From Candidatus Aenigmatarchaeota archaeon (GTDB lineage Archaea > Aenigmatarchaeota > Aenigmatarchaeia > CG10238-14 > SCSR01), in contig JAWBTW010000005.1 of the NCBI GenBank assembly GCA_039000165.1, positions 981 through 64,980 on the forward strand: a DNA stretch of 64,000 nucleotides, given 5' to 3'. The first letter of the stretch is position 1. The number at the start of each line of letters is the position of its first letter. The position numbers and the translations under genes were made by a program. The notes beneath the pieces are model-generated. The model saw nothing but the letters and a program-made list of their open reading frames with translations, did not search any database and was not told where the DNA came from. This document shows, piece by piece, positions 56,052-64,000 of this stretch.

Positions 56052-56783
56052 TCACTTATAAACTACATTTAGTATTTTTACGGTTAAAAAATCAGCTCCT
56101 GAGTACAAAGTATAAAGAATTTGGTAACTTGCATAAGTTGTATTCAAGTATACTATAGCTTCAGCTTTCCCAGAGTTTTTCCCAGGGTCTAAAGCTTGAG
56201 AATAGCCATAACCATAAGAGCTTTCTTCTCTATCGTCTATAAAAATAGAAGTATCTGAAGGAATTAAGCTCGCATCACTCGGCTTAAAATAAATGAGTTT
56301 AATGAGTTTGCTTGTGTTTATTAACTCTGGAGCTTCTTTGCTACCTTTTTTTTCAATCGCTACTCTTAAGAATTCGTTTTCTAAAATGATTTCTTGGTTT
56401 CCGTCGTTATCCAGGTCATATTCCCTAACTATAGCGTTTTTCCCTGGAATAAAAATTATATTTTCATTTTTTAGAAAAACTGGCTCAAGTCGATAGTTCT
56501 TAGGCGAATAATAAAAATCGATGCAGTTAGTTTTTTCGTTTATTTTATATTCTCCGTCAGTAACCTTAATGGAAAGAGTCCTAAGACTACCCAAACCTTC
56601 TGTTGCAACTTCTTCTATACTTTGTGACATTAGCCTTAAGTTTTCCCAAGCTTCGTTAATCACTAAAGATTCTCTTGCTTTCTCTATGGTAGGCATCCCT
56701 ATCAAAAGAACTAAAGTTATTCCAGAAACTACTATCATAATAACCATTACATAAGCTACCAATGGGCTTATACCTTTTAACAT
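56052..56783 (-). CDS. Pilin-like protein with class III signal peptide and extra C-terminal beta domain
   Basis: LKG/ISPLVAYVMVIMIVV leader; DLDNDG motif. Confidence 0.8.
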   Translation of the reverse strand: MLKGISPLVAYVMVIMIVVSGITLVLLIGMPTIEKARESLVINEAWENLRLMSQSIEEVATEGLGSLRTLSIKVTDGEYKINEKTNCIDFYYSPKNYRLEPVFLKNENIIFIPGKNAIVREYDLDNDGNQEIILENEFLRVAIEKKGSKEAPELINTSKLIKLIYFKPSDASLIPSDTSIFIDDREESSYGYGYSQALDPGKNSGKAEAIVYLNTTYASYQILYTLYSGADFLTVKILNVVYK

Positions 56784-57403
56784 CTTCTTACCTCCACTAT
56801 CGGCTTGTTTTCTGGAGTTATGTCAGAATATTCCACGCAGATTTTACTTGTCCCTGGACCTAAAATTTCATCCCCCCTTATAACAACTTTATCATTTCTT
56901 AAAACCATTGTAATGAAGTTTAACTGCGTCGGATAAACAGAGAATGGTTGGGAAGGTAAGCCGTACCTTTCTACAGAATAAATCTTTTTCTCGATTTGAT
57001 TGCAGGTTCCATTAGTAAAAGCTATAATGAAGGTTGTCCCTTCAACTTTTTGTTTGATTTCAATTTTGTAACTTTCTGAGCCATCTATTAAAAAAGAAAC
57101 ATAACCTAAGTCTTGTTTTTTTCCCGAATAGATTACACTTGCCAGAATTCCTTTTTCAAATTCTTCCTCATCATAAGTGCAAACATAAAAGTGAGTCAAA
57201 TTGGTAGGATAACCTATCAAGTAATAGCTTTCGCTGGCGTTGCCAGTTGCTTCTCCAATTCTATAAAAGTCGTTGCTTTTATTTTCCCCCAAGTGATACG
57301 CGAACCTAAACTTTACATAGCTTATTTTACTTTGAGCTTTGAGAGAGGTTAAGAGAAAACAAAATACTAGGATCAAGGAGGCAAGGAAAATTACTTTTTT
57401 CAT
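56777..57403 (-). CDS. Secreted protein of the pilus locus
   Basis: Sec-type signal peptide, beta-rich body with Cys residues, overlaps the neighbouring pilin gene. Confidence 0.65.
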   Translation of the reverse strand: MKKVIFLASLILVFCFLLTSLKAQSKISYVKFRFAYHLGENKSNDFYRIGEATGNASESYYLIGYPTNLTHFYVCTYDEEEFEKGILASVIYSGKKQDLGYVSFLIDGSESYKIEIKQKVEGTTFIIAFTNGTCNQIEKKIYSVERYGLPSQPFSVYPTQLNFITMVLRNDKVVIRGDEILGPGTSKICVEYSDITPENKPIVEVRRC

Positions 57404-57427
57404 AATTAATCTTTTGATTTTTAATAA

Positions 57428-58021
57428 TTAAACCAGTTTATAGGTTTTTAGAATCTTGTCTCTAAGCTTAAGTTTTTGGTTTTCAAGTCTTAAATCAATA
57501 AATAATAAAAGTTTGTTTTCTTCAGTTTCAACTTTCAGCAGGATTTCTTCGCTTTCTTTAGAGTAAGGTGTTTCATAGAAAATTTTTAGTGTATAGTTTG
57601 CGTTTTGCTCAGGAATTGTGAAGTTAGCACTTAATTCTTTTCCGTCTTCTATATTTTTAAATTCAACGAGCGAATCATTAACACTTAAGTTAAGGAAAAG
57701 AATTTCACTTCCTAAAAGATTTTTTATACTCAAGTTAAGCTTGCTATTCTCTAGTTTTGCTGTTAAAAGGAATGATTTGAATTCCAAACTTCTTCTCTTG
57801 AAAGAGTTTCTTGAAAATGTGGCAAAAGCTTCTAGGTTTTTGGTTAGATTTTCTTTTTCATGAATCGAAAATTCAATACTTCTTATCATTTCTTCCTTAA
57901 CATTTTCAAATTCAAGAAAAAGGCTCTCATCTTTAAATTGAAAGAAGCTTATGCTTGCTTTTATCAACGCAAGGATTATTATAAAAATTATTGCAACTAT
58001 CAAGAAAGTTTGGCCTTTCAC
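57428..58021 (-). CDS. Minor pilin-like protein (class III signal peptide)
   Basis: KG/QTFLIVAIIFIII. Confidence 0.75.
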   Translation of the reverse strand: MKGQTFLIVAIIFIIILALIKASISFFQFKDESLFLEFENVKEEMIRSIEFSIHEKENLTKNLEAFATFSRNSFKRRSLEFKSFLLTAKLENSKLNLSIKNLLGSEILFLNLSVNDSLVEFKNIEDGKELSANFTIPEQNANYTLKIFYETPYSKESEEILLKVETEENKLLLFIDLRLENQKLKLRDKILKTYKLV

Positions 58022-58380
58022 TTTCTTACCACCAAAACAATTTCTAAAGGTTGAAATCTCCCAATATCTCCTGCTAAAAGATAATTTATCCTTGATTTCT
58101 CTTCTTCAAAACTAGCTATTTTGCAAGTCTCAGAACATATAAAAACTTCATAATTCAGTTGATAAGGAAGCAACTTTACAAGCTTGTTTTTTATGCTTTC
58201 GGTATCATTTTCTAAGGCATACTTTCTTAGCTCGTTGCTTTCGTCTAAAGCTTTTAGTGCTTTTAGGCAAATTTCCTTAATGTTAATTTCTGTTTTTTGT
58301 TCTTGCGGAACAAATGCTAAAATTAAAAAAATGACTATTAAAAAAGTTGCGATTGCTGCTTCTGCAATGTATAAAGCCAT
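58018..58380 (-). CDS. Minor pilin-like protein with degenerate leader
   Basis: LYIAEAAIATFLIVIF hydrophobic N-terminus; operon context. Confidence 0.6.
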   Translation of the reverse strand: MALYIAEAAIATFLIVIFLILAFVPQEQKTEINIKEICLKALKALDESNELRKYALENDTESIKNKLVKLLPYQLNYEVFICSETCKIASFEEEKSRINYLLAGDIGRFQPLEIVLVVRK

Positions 58381-59015
58381 TATTTTTCACTTACCTCTAA
58401 GTAAAAATTATAATTAAGATTTTTAATCAAATCCTCGTAGCTAATGTTTCTAAGCTGTTTTAACTTACCTAAAGATAGCATTTCCAATTCCTGTAAAGGG
58501 AAGATTTCTATTTTAAACCCTGAATTTTCCTCGAAAGCGACATTATGGCTTACTTCCTTCACATCTTTTTCTCCTGAAAAATAGACAAAGAAATTTTTTG
58601 GCTGGAAAGCTGAGAAGTTGGACTTTAAACATAAATCAGCCCTTTTTAAGTAGCCTTCTTCGCAGAAAGTTTTATTATATAAGCTAAACTCAACTTCTTG
58701 ATTTTCCTCATAAACCCTTACTGTCGAGAACCAGGCTCTTTTTTCACATGTTTCGTCAAAAATTATAGTTAAATTTACAACAGCATTAACCCTTTCATTT
58801 CCGCTGATCTCTACAATTTTAACGGGTAGCTTGTAAAGTTTTGTGGTTAGGTTTAATTTTAAAGGAATAAACAAATTTCTTGCAACTATTTTTAGGTTAG
58901 TATTTTGATTGTATTGGAGATGTCTTACTAAGTAATTTAAAACAAAACTTAAGGCTATACCTATAACTATTATAATAATCCCAACAGCTATTACAAAATC
59001 AGCTTGGATTGGCAT
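58380..59015 (-). CDS. Minor pilin-like protein with degenerate leader
   Basis: QADFVIAVGIIIIVIG N-terminus; operon context. Confidence 0.6.
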   Translation of the reverse strand: MPIQADFVIAVGIIIIVIGIALSFVLNYLVRHLQYNQNTNLKIVARNLFIPLKLNLTTKLYKLPVKIVEISGNERVNAVVNLTIIFDETCEKRAWFSTVRVYEENQEVEFSLYNKTFCEEGYLKRADLCLKSNFSAFQPKNFFVYFSGEKDVKEVSHNVAFEENSGFKIEIFPLQELEMLSLGKLKQLRNISYEDLIKNLNYNFYLEVSEK

Positions 59016-59018
59016 TAA

Positions 59019-59501
59019 CTAATCCCTTCCTCCAAAAACAATTTTATCTTTGATTTCGTTATTTAAGTTGCATCTAGAGTAGCGCATAATCATTTCCTTT
59101 TCACTTTCAAGTTTTCCTTCGATTTCAACCTCAACCTTAGGAAACTTCTTAGCAAAAATTTCTGAATCAACCCTCGACTCTATTTCTAAATTTTCTTCCG
59201 AATTTTTAATTAAAAGCTCATAATTTTTTCCTGAAATTTTAGAGGGAAGGTTCAAACTAACTTCCTGAAGCAGAACGCAAGAATTATTTTTTGGCGATAA
59301 TTCTGATTTTTTAGCGAAATCGTAAGCTGTTACTATGTAATTATACATTCTTAAAGAAACGCTTTCGAGCTCGTTTTTTGCTTGATTTTTTAACCAGTTT
59401 GAGTAAAAAGAGAAGAAAACTAGAGAAGAAAAAACAATAAGTATTACTGATAATAAAGTAGCCAGAGCATAACTTATCAGGATGGCTTGTCCTTTCATCA
59501 A
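59019..59501 (-). CDS. Minor pilin-like protein (class III signal peptide)
   Basis: KG/QAILISYALATLLSVIL; LPSKISGKNY. Confidence 0.75.
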   Translation of the reverse strand: MMKGQAILISYALATLLSVILIVFSSLVFFSFYSNWLKNQAKNELESVSLRMYNYIVTAYDFAKKSELSPKNNSCVLLQEVSLNLPSKISGKNYELLIKNSEENLEIESRVDSEIFAKKFPKVEVEIEGKLESEKEMIMRYSRCNLNNEIKDKIVFGGRD

Positions 59502-59558
59502 TTAAAATTGGCATGCGTAAGATAATATTTATTAACTCTCAAAAATAAAAATAAAAGT

Positions 59559-59990
59559 ATGAGAAAAGGAATATCTCCACTTGTGGCCGCAGTTCTTTTG
59601 ATAGCAGCTACTATGGGAATAGCAACAATCCTAACATACTGGGCATCCACTTTTATCAAATCTTCCTTGCCAGAAGTTGCCAATCAAAGCTATAGTCCTT
59701 GCCTATACGCAGATTTTCAGATTTATTCTTGCTCTTACACAAATTCAACTCCAACAAAAGGAAACATAACTTTAATTCTTAAGAATGTTATGGACGTTGA
59801 GCTAAGGAATCTGACAGCTACTGTATTTTATCCAACTGGCACAATAAAAAACTACAATCTTAAACCAGATAATGTTTTACCGAAAAATATTTACAAAGGC
59901 TTTACAATAGAAGATGTTGATTTGCCTTACACTAAGGTTGTCATAACTACTCATTGTCCGTATGTAGAAGAAGAGTCTCCATGCCAGTAA
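59559..59990 (+). CDS. Archaeal type IV pilin (archaellin/pilin N-terminal domain)
   Basis: RKG/ISPLVAAVLLIAATMGIA. Confidence 0.9.
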   Translation: MRKGISPLVAAVLLIAATMGIATILTYWASTFIKSSLPEVANQSYSPCLYADFQIYSCSYTNSTPTKGNITLILKNVMDVELRNLTATVFYPTGTIKNYNLKPDNVLPKNIYKGFTIEDVDLPYTKVVITTHCPYVEEESPCQ

Positions 59991-60463
59991 AAGGCATTTC
60001 CCCCCTAGTGGCTACAGTACTGTTAATAGCTTTTACAGTAGCTTCAGCCGCGATAATTTCTTTTTGGTTGTTACCTTTTTTGTCATCGTTTTCCAAAACA
60101 ACTAGCGAAGAAGCTGAGATTCAGCTTAAGTGTAGCAGAGGAGGGGTTTATCTTTTTGATTTAAATTATAACTTATCTTCTTCCTCTCTTTCCGGAAAAA
60201 TTGAAAATACTGGCTCTGTCTCCCTTGGAAATTTTGCTTTGCAAATAGTTTACCTTAACTATACGACAGAAAAAATAGAGCTATGCTTTTCTGGAGGAAC
60301 AGTAGTAGCTTGTGAAAACTCTAACCTAACGCTCCTCCCTAGGAACATAATATCTTTTAGCGTTCTGCTTCCAAACAACTACGACATAATAACTCTAACT
60401 ACAAACTGTTCAGTTTATGGAGTTTACGATAGAGTTACAAGGGAAGAGATTAACCAAATATAA
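59981..60463 (+). CDS. Archaeal type IV pilin (archaellin/pilin N-terminal domain)
   Basis: VKG/ISPLVATVLLIAFTV; ENTGSVSL; start at ATG 59981. Confidence 0.9.
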   Translation: MPVKGISPLVATVLLIAFTVASAAIISFWLLPFLSSFSKTTSEEAEIQLKCSRGGVYLFDLNYNLSSSSLSGKIENTGSVSLGNFALQIVYLNYTTEKIELCFSGGTVVACENSNLTLLPRNIISFSVLLPNNYDIITLTTNCSVYGVYDRVTREEINQI

Positions 60464-61265
60464 GAAAAACTATTACACCAACACTTATCATAAAAAGACT
60501 ATGCTTTATTCCTGCTACTATAGCTCCTTCCGACATTTTTCCGACTATTAATCCGGCAAAAAAACCTTGGATTATTATGAGATTTTGGAAGAGAAACTTG
60601 TACCTTTCTGTAAGGTTTGTTTGATGAGCTTCCTCAAGAGGGGTTTTAGCTTGCGAAAGACTAGGTATCAAGAACCTTTGCATTATTATCATTACCGCCA
60701 AAAAAACAAAGAAAATTACATAACCTGTAATCATTTGAGATTGAAGGTAGAGCCTCCTTTCTGTTCTTAATCTTTCTATTTCTATGGCAGTATTTGCCAA
60801 AGCTTCTAAGGTATCTGTTAAGTTTCCACCAAAGCGGTGAGTTTCTATTACACTTGAAATAATCCTTGCTATAACTCTTGATTTGCTCTCCTTAGCAAAA
60901 TTTTGAAGAATCTTATCAACGTTAATTCCCCAATCAACTTGTGCTGCCATTTTTTTAACGTAAGGAGTTAGGCTTTTGTAATCGTTAGAAGAAAGAGCTT
61001 TCAAAGCTTGTGGCAATGTCATCCCACTTCTTACGCTTTCTACAAAATCCCTTAGAAAAACTGGAAAAATTTCCTCCAATTCTTTCACTTTTTTGTATTC
61101 CTTATACCTTGAAAAAATTAACGGCGAAACAAAAACTCCAAAAGCGACTATTAAAATTATTTGAAAAATGTTTGAGGTTAAAGAAAAGTAAAGGGAAGAG
61201 AAAGTGAGTAAGAATGCAGCTAAAAGGCCGGTTGGAATAAACACTATAATTTCATTCTTCTTCAC
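60450..61265 (-). CDS. Type IV pilus membrane platform protein (TadC/FlaJ-like, T2SS F domain)
   Basis: FPVFLRDFVESVRSGMTL, GGNL, QGFFAGLIVGKMSEG; real start GTG 61265 with GGAGGT SD (the longer ORF N-terminus looks spurious). Confidence 0.92.
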   Translation of the reverse strand: MKKNEIIVFIPTGLLAAFLLTFSSLYFSLTSNIFQIILIVAFGVFVSPLIFSRYKEYKKVKELEEIFPVFLRDFVESVRSGMTLPQALKALSSNDYKSLTPYVKKMAAQVDWGINVDKILQNFAKESKSRVIARIISSVIETHRFGGNLTDTLEALANTAIEIERLRTERRLYLQSQMITGYVIFFVFLAVMIIMQRFLIPSLSQAKTPLEEAHQTNLTERYKFLFQNLIIIQGFFAGLIVGKMSEGAIVAGIKHSLFMISVGVIVFLIFG

Positions 61266-62140
61266 ATTTCTACCTCCACACTTCTCAGGAACATTAGAAA
61301 AGCTATGTTCAATACTGGAAGAATTACATAAATAGTTAGCTCCATCAGGTTGAGAATTTCTATCCCTCCTATTGTTGTTGCTCCTGGTATTGTATTCATT
61401 ACAGCAAAAAGAGAAATTATGAAAAGAGGAGCAGCTATTAGTAAGCCAGTATAAATTTCCGCATAAGTTGTTAGTTGTTGTAAAAATCTTTCTCTTCTTA
61501 TTCTCCATTCAAACAAAGCCCTTATTCCAGAAGTTTTCAAGTATTCTTTCATACTTCCTCCTGCTTCTGTTGTTGTCACAAAGCCTAACAAGAGTTGCCT
61601 TAGGCTTTCCGAAGGAGTCCTTTTGGCAACTTCTCTCGCTGCAGTAACAGGGTCTGCACCAAAAACTTCTATATTCCTAACAATTTTTTTCATTTCTTCA
61701 GCCACTTCTCCGTATTCTTTGAAATTGCTTATAATCTTGAAAACAACATACGGAGGAACTCCGGATTCGGCTATCGCGCTCATATGAGTTAAAACAAAAG
61801 GTAAGTTAGTTTCTATGTTTCTTTTTTTCGATTGCATTATCTGATAAGGGGAAAAGAATAGTGTAAAAAGGCAGATAAACGAAAAGACTATCGGCATAAG
61901 AATGACATAAATCGGAAACAGGATTTCTGGTAGTTTTGAAAAAATGAACACAAAATAAGAAGAAAAGAGACTTATAAAAAAAACTATTATTGTGGTTAGA
62001 ATGCTCATACTAACATAACTTCTTAAAGGAATTTTAATCCCTGATTTAACTAAACTTTCCCTCAAAAAAGAAAAAAGTTTAGGATTTTTGTCTACAATTT
62101 TCCCGAACAATAAAGTTGCGAAGCCGATATATCCCATCAA
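61262..62140 (-). CDS. Type IV pilus membrane platform protein (TadB/TadC-like)
   Basis: IETNLPFVLTHMSAIAESG, YGEVAEE, TPSE, GGSM, YAEIY. Confidence 0.92.
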   Translation of the reverse strand: MMGYIGFATLLFGKIVDKNPKLFSFLRESLVKSGIKIPLRSYVSMSILTTIIVFFISLFSSYFVFIFSKLPEILFPIYVILMPIVFSFICLFTLFFSPYQIMQSKKRNIETNLPFVLTHMSAIAESGVPPYVVFKIISNFKEYGEVAEEMKKIVRNIEVFGADPVTAAREVAKRTPSESLRQLLLGFVTTTEAGGSMKEYLKTSGIRALFEWRIRRERFLQQLTTYAEIYTGLLIAAPLFIISLFAVMNTIPGATTIGGIEILNLMELTIYVILPVLNIAFLMFLRSVEVEM

Positions 62141-62146
62141 CTTTCC

Positions 62147-63757
62147 CTATTTTTTCTTTTTCAACATTTTTGCCTGCTTATAGTAAAACTTAATGTATTT
62201 TGTAACTTCGATATAATCTTTAATTCCTTTTTCTCTTAAGCTTTCAAGAAATTTTTCCCTTCTTTTTATTTCTTTCAAGGCTTCTTCAACCTTACCTCCT
62301 AGTTCTTCAGCTATTTCCTTTATCTTCACACTTTCGTAAAATTTTTCATAAGTATCTTTTGTAGGGTTCCACCTAAAAACAGGGTTTGCTTTTACTTCTC
62401 CTGTTTTCGGGTCAACTGACTGAATTTCAACAACTTCTTTAACCCTTCTAGCAGATTCTCCTTTTTCTTTTGCGTGCGTCATTATAACTATAACATCTAA
62501 ACTTTCTAAAAGCGTAGGCGGGAGCTCTATCGGTGGAGAAGTTAACCTTTTAATAACAGTGTCAACACTTCCTGCATGAAAAGTGCTCATGCAAGGATGG
62601 CCTGAGCTCATTCCCTGAAACATAACATAAGCTTCTTTTCCTCTTGTTTCTCCAACTATAACATAATCAGGATTTTGTCTAAAGCTTTCTTTTAGCAAGT
62701 CAAAAAGAGTGACTTCACCGTATTTTTCTCCACTAGGCAAAGGAATTCCAAAACCTACTCTTGCCAAAGTGGGAATCCAATGTTCGTGAGGAATTCTTAT
62801 TTCTCTTGTATCTTCTATCGAAACGATTTTTGCTTCTGAAGGAATAAACATGCATAAGCTATTGAGAAAGGAAGTTTTACCAGTTGCTACTCCACCAACT
62901 ATCAAAATGGAAGCTTTATGTTCTATCAAATACCAAAAATATGCTAGCATTTCAGCGCTTGCTGTATTAAGTTCAATTTGCTCTATTGGCGAAATAGGTT
63001 TTGTGGTAAATTTTCTTATAGTAAAAGTTGGTCCTCTTGTTGCTACATCTCCTGCAAGCGTGGCAGAAACTCTTGAACCGTCTGGTAAAGTACCTGAAAG
63101 AATAGGTTCGGCATAACTTATGTATCTTCCGCATTTTTCAGCTAATTTTACGACAAAACCTCTCAACTTTTCTTCTTCCGTATAAACTATGTTAGTTTTC
63201 ATAGACCCAAACTTTCTATGAATTATATAGATTGGGATATTAACGCCATCGCAACTTATATCTTCTATGTTTGGATCTTGAAGTAGGGGTTCTATCTCGT
63301 TCAAGCCTATAAAGTTTCTATAAATATGGTACATGAGTTTGATGTAACTTATTCTTGAAAGCTTAAGCCCAAACTCTTTTATTATTTTTAAAACATTTTT
63401 TTGCAAGTATTCCATAGCTTTTGAAATATCTTTGATGGCAGTAAGCTCAACTTCAATAAGTTCTACCAAGGCTTCAGAAATTTTTTCCAGAATTTCTTTT
63501 TCATTTTCTGTAAGTTCTGGTTCTATTACATTATAAATTAGTTCTTGATTCTGTTTATCCCATTTTATGTGAGCAAAAGCAAAAGGTTCTATTAAAGGAT
63601 AAATAACATTAACTCTTGTTAGGTCATGATAAGTAGGGATTTCCACTATTCTTTCCTGTTTTTTCAAAGCAAAGGCTGGAAAGAATTTTCTTTCTTTTTT
63701 TATTAGTTTTCTATAAAGGATTCCTTTTAAACTCTTCACTTTTTCCAACATAATCAT
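62147..63757 (-). CDS. Type II/IV secretion ATPase (TadA/FlaI/VirB11 family)
   Basis: DPNIEDISCDG, LPDGSR, TIRKF, GGVATGKTS, IEDTRE, RQNPDYVIVGETRG, TFHA. Confidence 0.96.
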   Translation of the reverse strand: MIMLEKVKSLKGILYRKLIKKERKFFPAFALKKQERIVEIPTYHDLTRVNVIYPLIEPFAFAHIKWDKQNQELIYNVIEPELTENEKEILEKISEALVELIEVELTAIKDISKAMEYLQKNVLKIIKEFGLKLSRISYIKLMYHIYRNFIGLNEIEPLLQDPNIEDISCDGVNIPIYIIHRKFGSMKTNIVYTEEEKLRGFVVKLAEKCGRYISYAEPILSGTLPDGSRVSATLAGDVATRGPTFTIRKFTTKPISPIEQIELNTASAEMLAYFWYLIEHKASILIVGGVATGKTSFLNSLCMFIPSEAKIVSIEDTREIRIPHEHWIPTLARVGFGIPLPSGEKYGEVTLFDLLKESFRQNPDYVIVGETRGKEAYVMFQGMSSGHPCMSTFHAGSVDTVIKRLTSPPIELPPTLLESLDVIVIMTHAKEKGESARRVKEVVEIQSVDPKTGEVKANPVFRWNPTKDTYEKFYESVKIKEIAEELGGKVEEALKEIKRREKFLESLREKGIKDYIEVTKYIKFYYKQAKMLKKKK

Positions 63758-63999
63758 CTCATGTGCTTCTTTCTTACGCTCTTACCAGGTTTGGATATCC
63801 CCCAGAACCTTGCACAAGCAGGGCAAATCCTCATTTTTGTGCTCATAAGGTGAATGAACCTTTTGTCAGTTTGCTGAAGGATTAGAGGATCGGTAATTCT
63901 TAACCCTTTAGTTACAACAAAAGTTTTGTATCTAGGAACTTCTCTTTTGCAAACCCCGCAAGTTACAGTGGTTTCACTTCCTCTTGCCTTGGTGTGAGC
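63754..63999 (-). CDS. rps26e: Ribosomal protein S26e-like (eS26), start lies beyond the window
   Basis: Manual translation ...AHTKARGSETTVTCGVCKREVPRYK...ITDPLI...KMRICPACARFWGISKPGKSVRKKHMR*; RG...VxCxxCxRxVPrxK and CxxCA zinc knuckles match the eS26 pattern. Confidence 0.72.
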   Translation of the reverse strand, partial: AHTKARGSETTVTCGVCKREVPRYKTFVVTKGLRITDPLILQQTDKRFIHLMSTKMRICPACARFWGISKPGKSVRKKHMR

Positions 64000-64000
64000 A

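Noticed and set aside
59502..60463. Invertible phase-variable pilin cassette
   Set aside because: No flanking inverted repeats or recombinase were seen, and the right end overlaps the tadC stop codon.
61266..61508. Long N-terminal extension of the TadC-like ORF (similarly 45204-45311 and 59954-59980)
   Set aside because: These overlap the upstream genes in another frame; downstream starts with an SD or signal peptide are more plausible.
245..63116. Numerous 60-175 aa antisense or alternate-frame ORFs in the track (e.g. 26222-26749, 25775-26221, 18275-18640, 23368-23631)
   Set aside because: They lie opposite or within well-supported genes and have the F/S/L-rich composition of shadow frames.
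59559..63757. Archaellum (motility) operon
   Set aside because: There are no FlaH, FlaF or FlaG genes, and two separate TadC-like genes are present, which fits a pilus.

Overview
A gene-dense, AT-rich archaeal chromosomal segment, probably from a DPANN lineage such as Aenigmarchaeota (inferred from gene content, short intergenic spacers and frequent stop/start overlaps). It has five blocks. (1) 1-23.2 kb is a glycogen/starch and gluconeogenesis cluster (hppA end, ppa, nnrD, formate/nitrite channel, gap, pgk, acyP, tpiA, FBP aldolase/phosphatase, cupin PGI, PGM, GlgA, two GT4, two GH57, debranching enzyme, GH15, PfkB kinase), interrupted by a free-standing LAGLIDADG endonuclease. (2) 23.2-24.3 kb holds a 20-aa acidic micropeptide, a 42-aa ribbon-helix-helix protein (both missing from the ORF track) and MinD. 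(3) 24.3-36.7 kb is informational: the exosome/proteasome/RNase P superoperon, r-proteins, fen, glyS, sepF, pfdB and rpoP. Two conserved operon tails appear reciprocally swapped. (4) 38.2-53.2 kb has two tRNA-Pro genes (one with a probable non-canonical 45/46 intron), a HerA-like ATPase, four large secreted modular proteins sharing an unnamed C-terminal module, a membrane-anchored DUF151 nuclease and a Ku + LigD-ligase NHEJ pair. (5) 53.2-64 kb has a PflX-like radical SAM, pyrG, a type IV pilus locus with seven pilin-like genes, and a partial eS26-like r-protein. The best candidate for an undescribed system is the secreted modular hydrolase array. All calls come from reading the sequence and recalled motifs; no searches were run.
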